A DNA stretch of 64,000 bases from Utricularia gibba (taxonomy: Eukaryota; Plantae; Magnoliophyta): assembly GCA_002189035.1 (NCBI GenBank), contig NEEC01000015.1, positions 1,612,001-1,676,000 of the forward strand. The letters are read 5' to 3'. The notes beneath the pieces were generated by a model, which saw only the letters and a program-made list of their open reading frames with translations, did not search any database and was not told the DNA's origin. A program made the position numbers and the translations under genes. How positions within the stretch are numbered: the first letter of the stretch is position 1; each line of letters starts with the position of its first letter. This document shows, piece by piece, positions 1-11,900 of the stretch.

Positions 1-2203
1 GATGCAAACTGCTGTGGAGATGCAACCGTTGTGGATTTCAGAGTGACTCCTGCACCCAGTATTTCACCGAGTTTGCGCACCGGAAAGGGTCTTTGGACTT
101 CATTGCCAATAACTCCATCTGAGTGTGCACCAGGTCATGACATGCCCCTTCTGAGGCCTTCTAAATGCAAATGTTTTAAGTATCTTTCCGGTGCAAAATC
201 TTGTGCTACATCAAATGATGATCTGGCGGCTAGAATTCATCACGGTCTTGAGATAATTCATAGCCAGTGCCTCAATCCTTCTACAAGGAAATCAGCATTT
301 AGATTCACCTGCACTGATGCCGAAATCAAAGCAATTATCCCTGTAGTCAAAGTAGATGTTGGTGTTCAAGCTGCTCTTGGTGATCATGAGTCAAGTGACA
401 TGGATGAATTCGGATCCCTGTGTGGAAATTGCAAGAGTATGAAGTCCCAGAAGGACCTCAATACTGAGAATGGTGATGTTTGTCGAAGTATGCAGTTAGC
501 CCTCGAAGATGAGTCAAGTAAAACTCAAGTTCCTAAAGTACGTAAGCTGGTCTCGAGTATAGTCTTTGGAAGCCTCCTCTCTTATTCTTACACCCATAAT
601 TTCATGATTCATCTTTCAGGAAGTAGAAAAGGTCTTGGCTGGAGCGATTAGGAGAGAGATGTCACTTGAAGAGCTCTGCTCCAAACAAAGTTCTGAGATC
701 ATGCATCTCAACCGTTTGGTACGGAAAAAAAAGCTAAGCAAAATTCAGTTTTCATATTTTGTTAAAAGAATTAATGTGATCATTGGCTTTGAATTCAGAT
801 CCAGCAATATAAGCACGAGAGAGAGTGTAATGAAATCATTCGTCAGCTCCGTGATGACAAAATTGCTCGGCTTGAGAGCCTTATTGATGGAATATTGCCT
901 ACTGAAGATTTCATGGAGGAAGAAATGCGAAATCTTGCTCATGAACATAAGGTATCAGTCTTCCCATTTTCATAATAAATGGTTGAAATGGCTACTACTT
1001 CTGTGTACTATAATAAGGTATCATCCAACACTTGCAGATTCTGGTTGAAAAGTATGAAAACCATCCTGAATTAATGAGGACCAAGATTGAGTTAAAACGA
1101 GCTCAAGATGAAATTGAGAAGTATCAAAATTTTTTCGACTTCGGAGAAAGAGATGTTTTGCTGGAAGAAATACAAGACCTGAGAAATCAGCTCCAGATTT
1201 ATCTAGATTTGCCACTCAGGCAATCTAGAAGAGAAGCTCTTCCTCCATTTCTTCAGCCTGCTTCTTTATGTGAGCAACTTGATGCCCCAGGATCAACTTG
1301 CAGCATAGATAACATGCCTCATCAAGAAAGAATTCAATGGACTGAAATGGAGAGTAAATGGAATTCCCTTGTAGACGAGCTCAGAGCAGAAGTTGAGGCC
1401 AGCCGATCTATCGCTCAAAAGCAAATGGATGAGTTGGATATGGAGAAAAAATGTTCTGAGGAGCTCAAGGAAGCCATGACCATGGCAATGCAGGGTCATG
1501 CACGCATGCTTGAACAGTACGCCGACCTGGAAGAGAAGCACATCTTATTGCTTGCTAGGCATAGAAAGTTTCAAGACGGAGTCCATGATGTCAAGAAAGC
1601 AGCTGCAAAGGCTGGAGTAAGAGGTGCTGCATCAAAATTTATCAATGCACTTGCTGCAGAAATATCTTCCTTGAAAGTGGAAAGGGAAAAGGAGAGACGT
1701 TACTTGCGAGATGAAAACAAAGGGCTTCAGGAGCAGCTGCGGGACACCGCCGAAGCTGTTCAAGCTGCCGGCGAGTTATTGGTGCGGCTCAAGGAAACTG
1801 AGGAAGCTTTAGCGGCTGAACAGGTAAACTAACTCCTTACACATGACACAAACATCTATTTTAGGAGTCCAATTCTTTTACAGAGACATCATCTGAGAAC
1901 TAGAACCCTCTAGCGCTGACTAACTCTAATTATTTGTACATTTCTATTTAGATTCACTCATGTTCTAGTGTTCTCCATCGTGCAGAAACGGGTAAGGGTA
2001 GCTGAGCAGGAAACCGAAGATGCCTACAGAGAGCTAGACAAGCTGAACAAGTTGCTAGCAGCTCATCATGCACATGAAGAGGCATCCTACGGTGGCGAAG
2101 AAAGCAAGGAAGCAGCTGCATGGCAACAGGAATTTGCACCATCCTATGGCATGGAAGAAGAGCCCCCATCTGGTTCTCTGGGTACGACAGGTGCAACGTA
2201 TAA
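1..2203 (+). CDS. KIN12B: Kinesin-12 (PAKRP1/KIN12A/B-like), 3' part; 5' end outside window
   Basis: Spliced exons give [40 protein letters not shown] and [21 protein letters not shown]. The family C-terminus [10 protein letters not shown] (2171-2203) is present in the -1 frame. A and B paralogs cannot be distinguished. Confidence 0.9.
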
Positions 2204-2671
2204 TCAACAGTCAATGAAAGAGATTCACCATCTTCAAGGTGACATTTGTTCGTCTGGGTTTCTAAGGTTTCAAACTTAGAAACCCCCCTTCACACAATCC
2301 CTGGCATTAGGAACTGATGCTGGATCGAGGTGGGCCGCATTGATCCTTCTTTAGTTTTCAGTTCAATTGATCCTTCAACTTAACTTACTTGAATACATCT
2401 CGGCCCACCTTAGGAAGCTTGTCTGAGAGAGAGGCAAATGTTGATTCTGGAATCTTAGTTGCTTTTTTGTTTTGCTGATAAACAAAGTATCAATCCCATC
2501 AGAAGAATCTTGCTCAAATCGGGCAAGGGATTTCCCCTTACTTTCCAATCATGCCATCAAAACCAGACAAGAGAAACAAAACAAGAGGTACAATCTTCCA
2601 AAGCAATGCCTGGGAACATCAAGAGGTACAAAACTATTCCATCTCCAGTAGCCTAATCTCCCCTCTACCCC

Positions 2672-3745
2672 ATGGCCCATTTGAAGCACACCCTTTCAAG
2701 TCTCCTCTGCTTCTTCTCCTCCACAATCACATACTCATTTGGCTGCACATTCACCATCAGCAACAACTGCTCCTACACCATCTGGCCGGGGACACTAGCC
2801 GGTTCAGGAATGCCCCAGCTCTCCACGACCGGGTTCCGGCTCGACTCCCACCAAAGCATCACGATCCCGACGTTCCCCGGATGGTCGGGGCGCATCTGGG
2901 CGAGGACGGGCTGCAGTTTCGATGAAATGGGAGTCGGGACCTGCCAAACGGGGGACTGTGGAGGGAAGCTGGAATGTGGTGGCGCGGGCGCAACTCCACC
3001 AGCTTCTCTGTTTGAGATCACTCTGGGAAATGGAGATGGGAAAGATTTCTATGATGTAAGCTTCGTGGATGGATACAACATCCCTATAGTTGCGGTTCCG
3101 CAAGGATTCTTAGGAAGATGCAATGCCACCGGATGTGCTGTGGACATCAACATGGGTATGGAAATGTGCCATTCTGACACAGTTAATAGCATGGTATAAT
3201 CCTGAACCGGCCGACAGGTTGCCCGAAGGAGCTTCAGGTCGTGGGGAGCGACGGCGGAGAATCCGGCGGCGTCGTAGCTTGTAAGAGCGCGTGTGAAGCA
3301 TTCGGGCTGGATCAGTATTGCTGCAGCGGGGAGTTCGGCAACCCAACAACATGCAGACCCTCCTTCTATTCCGGGATTTTCAAGAGAGCTTGTCCGGCAG
3401 CCTACAGCTACGCGTTTGACGACGGAACGAGTACTTTCACCTGCAAGGCTTCTCGATACGCAATAGTCTTTTGCCCTGATGCCAGGTTAACCCCCTCTCC
3501 CTCCATGTTGTCTTCTTTTCCATGTCGAAAACTGTGCTTTTAAGAATGGCTGCTAACACTTGGGATGCAGGATGATGAGGATGGATGGCGGAACACCGGC
3601 TCCAAAGGTTGGGAAGATCGGAGATGCTCCTGCTGCTTCTTCTTCCTCGTCATCTTACACCAATAACATCCATTTTTCAAGCCAAGTGCCTCTCCTCCTA
3701 TTCACAACCCTTCTCTTTGCGTACTTGACACATTCATCGTCATAA
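2672..3745 (+). CDS. Thaumatin-like protein with signal peptide and hydrophobic C-terminal tail
   Basis: Motifs FTISNNCSYTIWPG, GRIWARTGC, DFYDVSFVDGYN and FKRACPAAYSYAFDD. Three exons; introns 3156-3217 and 3486-3570 are GT-AG. Confidence 0.93.
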
Positions 3746-4430
3746 TTCTTATTTTCATTCCACACATTCTATTGAAAAGCATGTTCTTCAGAATTATCCA
3801 AGTTCCCATAAATTACCTTTGCAATGTGGGTTGAAAGAAATCCTCATCCACATGGTTTTTGTATAATATTGTTTGTTATTGTATTTAATTCTCACATATT
3901 TGATAATTAATAACTAATATTTATATCCAAGTAAATCTAACTTTGAAGTTAGCTCAATTATATTCAATAAAAGATATTATATAGTATTTTGTGTATGGGG
4001 CCTCACATTTAAAATGGGAGTAGAAATGACCATTAAAAAAAAACAGTTATCATTTATTCATTAAATATAAAAAAAATTTAATAAATTTTTAATAACTTTT
4101 TTAAATCGACAGGGGTATCTGTGTCGTAAGCGCGTGCGTTTGATGTCCCCAAATGGTCAACCACATCTTCGGTACTCACCGGTCACCCGCTCCAATAGAA
4201 ACGTGGTCAAATTCCCCCACGCGCAAGGCATGCATTGGCTACTTACTCCCAATCCCCAGAAATTAAAGTCAACGCCAATTAATATTACAAAGATAATTTT
4301 TTTATTACATATTAATCTATTTTTTTGCGACAGAAACTAACTCGAAATAACTTCATTTTTATTGTCTGTTAAAAGCAGAATAAGTTATACAGGTCTGGTA
4401 ATGATTTGGTGTTTTGAAATAACTTCATTC

Positions 4431-5331
4431 TTATTGTACAAGTCGAACTGGTGCAATGTAGCAACTACTACTCCGTAGAGAGTGAGTTAGTTGGGTGAAG
4501 GTACTACACAGCCGCAACGGCCGCCGGGATGCTACGGCGGTCCTCCCCGAGTGCACGGCGGCGAAATCAGAAGTGAAGTCTAGAAAGTACAAGACGACGA
4601 CCATCAGAAGGCAGCACAGAAGCATGTGAATCGCCCCAAAGGTCCAAAACAGCACCGGAAAGGAGAAGTACAGGGCCCTCAGCCCCAACGACCAGAAGTA
4701 GCTTCCTCTGCTCACGATCCCGGCGACATATTTCCAACTCACGCAGTCGGTGCGTTGCGGGGTGTCCATGTCGCTGGGAACGTTTATCAGCACGCTGGCG
4801 TGGCTGAAGTACCTGTTCCAGAGTTTTCTTCCTGAGTCATACCCCGACCAGGACGGACAAGAAAAGCAATGCAATGTTTACCTTATGGACTGCACGCTCA
4901 GCATGAAGGCCAGCAGGAAGCAGAGGAGGATCAGGAGGTACTTGATGGTGGCGGCTGGGCTTCGCTCCTGGCCGTTCCACACGATGACGGCGAGGCCAGC
5001 GCTGAGCATGATCATTGTAGACGCGATGAGGGTCGACGCCATTATGTTGTTCCGAAGGGTCTGCACCGCCAGGATCCCATTCTTCTTGTCCTACAAGGCA
5101 GGATCGGCATATATGCAATCAATGAGGGCCAGATATAATAATATATATGTAACTGTAAGCACCGGCTGACCTCCATCATGGACCTAACCCAGGCACGGCG
5201 GCTGATGGCGTTGATTCCGAGGACGGTGATGGTGGGCTGTAGATGATCCGATGGAGAAGCCAGAGATGATAAATCACCATGATGAGAATCCCAGCAGGCG
5301 CTAATGTGTAGTCCAGAATATCCATCTCCAT
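4431..5331 (-). CDS. DUF599 family membrane protein (apparent -1 frameshift in exon 1)
   Basis: MEMDILDYTLAPAGILIMVIYHLWLLHR, TVLGINAISRRAWVRSMM, ILAVQTLRNNIMASTL and RGSYFWSLGLRALYF. Introns 5091-5170 and 4813-4881. Confidence 0.85.
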
Positions 5332-5684
5332 TTGACTTCAACACCCTCGGTGGCACCCAAATTTATAGCAACCGCCCGAGGGCAACTCCGTCATTTCACG
5401 GGTCGACCCCCGTGTCCATTGTTCCAAATTAAGACACGCACAGCGACACGAGTGTCCGAATTTGTTCAAAATGAGATGCTGCTATAGGTCATATGTCATG
5501 ATTGGCACAAAACAATACAGCAAGCATCATGACTTCACAGCTCCACATCAAGTCACTGTTATTTGCTTGCCACAGTTGCAATATCCCAAAAGGGCTAACC
5601 ATGAAAAACAAACCCTACTAAAAACATGGATGGGAAGAACATATCTGCTGGACAAGAAGAATCCTTGATGCTGCAAAAAACCAA

Positions 5685-8223
5685 TCAATCCCGTTTCCAA
5701 CAACCGGGGTGGGAATGGGATTCACCCGACTTTTTATTTAGCTGCGTTTGCTTGTTTTTCCTTCCGTACCTTCGCCTTAACTCTGCTCTTGGTAAGAAGA
5801 GTCTGCACTGTGTTTAAGAAGTTTCCAACGGCCATGACTATGAGGAGAACACCGGATGTTATCACCTACGCAGGCGTGCAAGAAAATGGGGATCAGATAT
5901 CAGAGTGCTCATCTGCCCACTTGAGCAGCACATGTTAACATTAAGAATGAAGTACCTGCCAATGTGAACTGATGCCGGCGATTGCAGGTTCCAGACCCGA
6001 ACTGATTCCAACAAATGCAGTTTTCAGAAACAATACCCCAACGAAGGCTTCAAAACCCTGAACATAGACCCACAACATTATACATCATTTTACACAAGGT
6101 GCGGCAATGGAATGAATATAAGATTCATGGAACAATGAGGGAGTCTTGAACGCGTCAACGGGTAAAATCTGTCACTATGAGGATAATGAAATTAGTGTGT
6201 ACCTGTAATATAAAAAGGATGGGACAAAGGAGCAGCAACTGACCCTCCACTCCTGCAGTTTCACCCCAAACCACATCCATTCGCCTTGCCTAGATTTAGA
6301 CAAGGGGAAAAAAGGGAAGAACTTGAATGCAAAATTACTCAAAAAAAATAATAATAAAGTGGCTTCAATTCCACGGCATGAAACCCCGTATAACGACATG
6401 CTTTTTAGCTAGAATATCACTGACAACTTAAAGATTCATCTCGAATGGATGATAGACAGGGACATAGCACAACGTAGAATGAACGGATAATGCAGCAGTT
6501 GCTGCCGGAGATCAAGTTATCACCTTGCCAAGGGTGATACGTGTATATAGTCTCTGTCTTTGGTACCTATTCTGAAGAAGCATTGCAACACCTTGCATTA
6601 CTGCCCATTTGAGAAACAAGTCAATCACCCCCTGTGACTATCATAAAAAGAATACATGGAACAAATGCAATTGTCAGAACTCTCCATAAATGCATGATAA
6701 TTGTGAACTGTTTTATGAAAAAGATACCTGCTTCCGAGAACAATCAGTTCCTGTCTCTATATCCCAAGTTAGGCTAATTAAAGCCATAGCCATGGCACCG
6801 TAGTGATGTTTAATCCACCTGCACAACAAATTTTATGCAAATTATTTGAGGTAGGAAATTGGGGATGTAAACTCCATTTTCATGGTAGCACATAATGTAT
6901 CCCCTTAATGCATATTAATTGAAATACACGACTCTTATAAAATGGAAAACTTTTCTCCTTAAGCATATCAAATGAATGTCAAATTACCAGGGACGAATAT
7001 CACTTCCATTAACCCTCAAGATGTTCTCTCGCAAAGCCAAACTAGTGTATAAACATAGAAGCCATGCCTTGAAGAAAAATAAACTCCTGTCAGTTAGTTT
7101 ATTCAGTGCCCGAAGAATGTAACAGTGTTAGAAGAAGCCTGACATTTAAATATGGCAAAGTACCTGATACAGCTGAACTGGCAAAGCGGGTAAACATCCA
7201 TTCCACGCCCAGGACTTTAACACAAGCAATAATGATGGAAGACAGAGGAACAAAAGTGCTGTTCTGTCCTGATGAGCACAATGAGCATTCAGAATGCAGC
7301 ATACAACAGATCCATAAACATTTTTTTAGATAGGCAATAACGATTGAAGATAGCATCAGAAGTGCTGTTCTGTCCTGATATAAGCTCATGACTGACTCTT
7401 CATCCAGCTCATTATACATACTTGACATGAGATTTCTTTCGAATATAATTTTTTAAATTTACCCAAAATTAGGCGAGACTTGCATCCCAGAAAGGTCCTT
7501 AATTACCCAATTTTCCATCAGCATAAGACTAATAAGCAGTAAAAATCATATGTCTCCTCAACAGATCCAGTAAGAAACCCAAAGGTAAATGGGAAATACA
7601 ATTTACATACAGATCATACCCTGAAGTCATTGTATTCTTGCTTAACCTTCAGCTGCACATCCTTACTATTCGCCTTAACGCTAATGGGCCCCAAAAACAT
7701 CCTCAAAAACCCCCCTGCAACCAGACACAGATTAAAAAAATCATCTTCCCAGACATCTCAAGCGCGATGAAATCGATTAAGAAAACCAACAGCAACATGA
7801 ACGAGTAGCAAACCACGAGATTTATTCGGAAGAAATGCTGCGGCATCCCCTTCACTAAGTATGTACTTGGCTCTCTTCAACTCCGCTTGCCACTTCGTTT
7901 CAAAAAAGAAATAAACATTTGAAAAAGACAAGCATAGAAGATGAATAAGGGAAGCTATAGCCGACGCATATCACTCGCATGCACGTATGCACACTCACAA
8001 AAAGACAGACGCTTACTTTCTCCGGGTTACTCGAGGCCCGGTGTTCAGCGAGAAGGGCGTTTATGCGAGAATCGAGAGTAGTAACGCGCTGGCGGAGCGC
8101 ATCTTCTTGGTGACGCGTGGTGGAGACGAGCGACGCCGCTGCCTCCTGCAAATCTCTCGCCTGCTCCAACAAACTTGAAACCTCCTCGTGCACAGCCTGC
8201 GATTCCTCCGGCGTATCACCCAT
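5685..8223 (-). CDS. TMEM120: TMEM120/TMPIT-like membrane protein
   Basis: Exons assemble to GFLRMFLGPISV, DRTALLFL, LALRENILRVNGSDIRPWWIKHHY, QNRYQRQRLYTRITLGK and RMDVVWGET, with canonical splice sites. Confidence 0.9.
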
Positions 8224-8928
8224 CCAACCGCACAATCAAAACAATCGGAATCCCTTCTCCTTCCGCCAAAACCAAAATCTAAGACAATAATTACAATCCT
8301 CGAGAAGCGCGCGGTGGTGATGCTGGAGTGGAATCGAGGATCAAGTCTCGTGCAGAGGAGGATCAAGAGCTGCCCTCATCAAAGATGAGTGACGTACGCT
8401 AAGCCGATGCTCACCGGCAGAATAATACCACAGATAATTAAACTGAAATTCCGTTTCCGGCAGATTCAACTTCATTAATAAATTCATGATTTTTTTTTCT
8501 TGCCACTTTTGATTGGACAAACTGAATAGTGAATGCGGTAGTTTACTTTTATTAGGAATTAAATTATATATTAATTTAATATTATGAAAAATTAGTGAAT
8601 TTCATTTACAGTTTTTTAATAATTAATTACTTTTCTATTAAAATATTCAATTCTTGTCTTATCTCATCCAGATTTAATTTTATAATTGTCGATTAAAAAT
8701 CAATATTTTAAATCGGATTTAATTCATCTTCTGATTTATTAATAATTTAGGTTGAATCATTTTATAATATATTGAATAAATTTTAATATATTATAGAAAT
8801 AAAATAATTATTTAGTTTTAAAATTATTTACCAAAATATACTATCTTATTTTTAAAAACTAATTAAAAGATGATTATTTTTAATACACAATAACAACAGA
8901 ATAATTAATTTTCAAAATATCATATACA

Positions 8929-11900
8929 CTACTTCCTCCCGAGCAGCATACCCCTTTTCCTGAGCTTATGGTGATGGCGCCTGGTGCGCTTCGCATGCTG
9001 CCTCGCTCCCGCCTCCCTCATCTTCGCCAGCTTCTGTTTCCGGCCGTCGATATCGGCGCGGATGGCCTTTTCTCGTCTGTCATCGGAGAGCAGCGCGAGT
9101 CTGGCGAACTTTCGAGGAGAGACTTGCCCCAATTGCTCATCTATGTCGTGGAAAGCAGGGGCCAGCCCTCGTCGAATGTAGCAGCCACTGATGAGCTGCA
9201 TTGAGTTGGTATCAGGGAGATTGGGGTTGTCTTTCAGCTCGAGGTCCAAGCAGAATGGGGAGTCTTTGAGCCATGATCTCAAGGAATGCGCTTTGGCAAC
9301 GAGAACTCCGGTCCTGGTTTTGCAAGGCAGAAATGGGGAACCCATCTCCCATAGGAACGCCTTGAGTGTTTTTTCTAGAGAAACTTTGTTGTACTCTGCT
9401 GCACCGGTGATGAGCACGACGGACTTTGGAGATTCAGGAATGCCTTGCAGGGATGCATCCTGTTCCAGACACACAAAATGTCTCCTTGAGTATGTTTACA
9501 GAAAAAGGGATATTCCATGATGAGGAAACAGAGAGATGATCATGGCCACCACACAGAAATTATCAACTACATTAGCCTAAAGAAAGTGAAACTGGAGACA
9601 CACAAGGCAACAAAGCTGCTTCGACTATTACCTAATCTTCTGGGAACATAAGGGTATCATTGTCACCACATGGAAAAAAATGGTGAGACAGAAAGTAGTG
9701 CCATGTTAGAAAAGATTCTGCGAACATGGCTGAGAAGCAACTGAGGAACTAGCATGAAAATCAAAAGTAAATACAGAAGCGGCAAAGGATAAGAAATAGT
9801 TTATTACAACTGAAATGGATCAAGGAATAAGAAAATAAAATTCACATAAACTTTTCAAAGCCATTATCTATTCTGAAGGTGATGCAACAAATATTCAACT
9901 GGAAATAAGTAAGAGAATAGAAAAGCAGATACTCACCTGCATGTGATCAAGCCATAAGGTCATGGCAGTAAGAGCTGCCCCAGCAGATAATTTTCTGAAG
10001 TCAGCCCCCCAATCCTTCTCAGCTACCCTGAGATGCAGACAATAAAATAAAGCAACGGCATAGCAAGCATTAAAAACTAGCAAATAAACGCATAAAATGA
10101 GTCACCATTCAGCCAGCATCGTAAAACCAAGAACCAAAGCTGGGAATCTGGGATTTTCCCTTTTAACGAGTCTCACCTTTTCTATTTTATGTTATCGAAT
10201 CACACAGAATATAAGAGTCACCGGAAACCAGATTTAGCACAGGATCATTATGCAGTCTCCTAGTCCATAGCAACCCAAAATGTTAAAAAAAAAAATCCAA
10301 AATTGGGAAATTGTTGAAAGTTCAGAGCAGGTTATATGGAGGGCGTTTGTAAGCAGAGTACAAATTTTGATGGCATATTTTAATAGCTGTATCGTGATCT
10401 TGGAGCATAAAAAGTCCATAAGAATGAAGTTTCTAACATAACTAAAGATATAATTTTGAAGCCACCTGAAAATATTACGATGATAAATGCCTCTCTTCAT
10501 TGCAAGCTGGAAAATCAAGGCAGCCGTTGCCCGGCGTTCATAAGCCCACAACATATCCTCCAATGCATTAACAAGGTTAAACGCTGCATAATCGTGTACC
10601 AGCAGCTCAAGTTCTTTCAGGACTACATCAATCTCCGCCAGCAGTGATGTTGAATTTTCCTTTAAAAGCCTGTAAAAAAAACATCTTCATAGTAAGAAAA
10701 AAAAAATAGAATCATCCTACAACGACTGGATAAATGTAATAATGTAGAAGAATCAATGCCTTAGAGGTATGTCAAAACCAGCATCTTCTATTGCAGTCAG
10801 CAGACGAGTCGAGTCATCTAAACTGTCGCATATACTTGCAGCCCTAATAAAACAAGTCCAAATTCTGTGGTCTGGATCCACCCCTCCTTTCTTCATCTCT
10901 GAAAGCTTTTGAATGCCATGTTCCAGGTCACCATTCTTCAGATAAGCATCAATAACTGAACTGTATTCTAGTGTACCAACACTTGTACCACTAGATTTTA
11001 AATTATCAAGAACTTTTTCAGCTTCTGCAGGATTCCCTGAGCTGGAATGCGAAGTCATCAGCAGGTACATAGTGGCAACACTGGGTTCAACTCCTGAATC
11101 TTTCATGGTTAGCAGTAATCCTTCTGCTTTGGAATGGTCTCCCGATCTTCTGTACATTTTCATCATCAAATGATAAAACGACCTATCTAACTGGTGACCT
11201 TCTGACTTCAAACAATCTAAAAGATCTTCGGCTTCTTCGACCATCAGCTTTTTACAATAAGCAGCTGTTAGACTTTTATATGTCTCCAAGCAAGGTTTCA
11301 TACCCAAACGCCTCATTTCCTGGAGCAATGAGGTGGCTTCATCAGGCCTACAGTCCCTACAATACATGATTATTAAGGTTCTGTATGTATTCTCATTAGG
11401 TTTAATTCCAGATTCTTTAAGGCTTTGGAAAACTTGAACTGTCTTTGTATAATCCTCGACTTGCGTATATAGCTTAAGCAAAAGGTTATATACAAAGAGA
11501 TCAGGCACAAAACCTTCTTCTTTCATCTCCTCAAACATTGCCTCAACATCTTTCACCTGTTTTGCTCTAGCCATCAAACTGAGAATCACCCGGTATAGAT
11601 GCATTGTTGGCAAATATCCAGCAGCCTTCATTCCTTGATATATTTTCTTAACTTCAACTACATTGCCAGATTCAGAAAATGCTTCTAGCATCAACACAAT
11701 AGAACTCTTACTAATTTTGAAACCCTTGTCTTGTAAATCCTGAATCACACCATGTAGTTCATCCAATCTTCCTGCAGTTATCAATGCTTTCAAGAGACCG
11801 TTGATGGAATCTACGGTTGGTGATGGTCCATCTCTCATCATTGTGGTAAAAGCAGCTCTTGCTTTCTCATAGCAACCGTTTGCTGCATAAGCCCCAATCA

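Noticed and set aside
947-1023. ATAAGGTATCA repeated at the kinesin donor and 66 nt into the intron
   Set aside because: The second donor would leave a 20-nt intron and include an in-frame stop; likely a trivial local duplication.
4344-4437. 22-nt near-identical direct repeat overlapping the DUF599 stop
   Set aside because: Short AT-rich 3' UTR duplication with no evidence of function.
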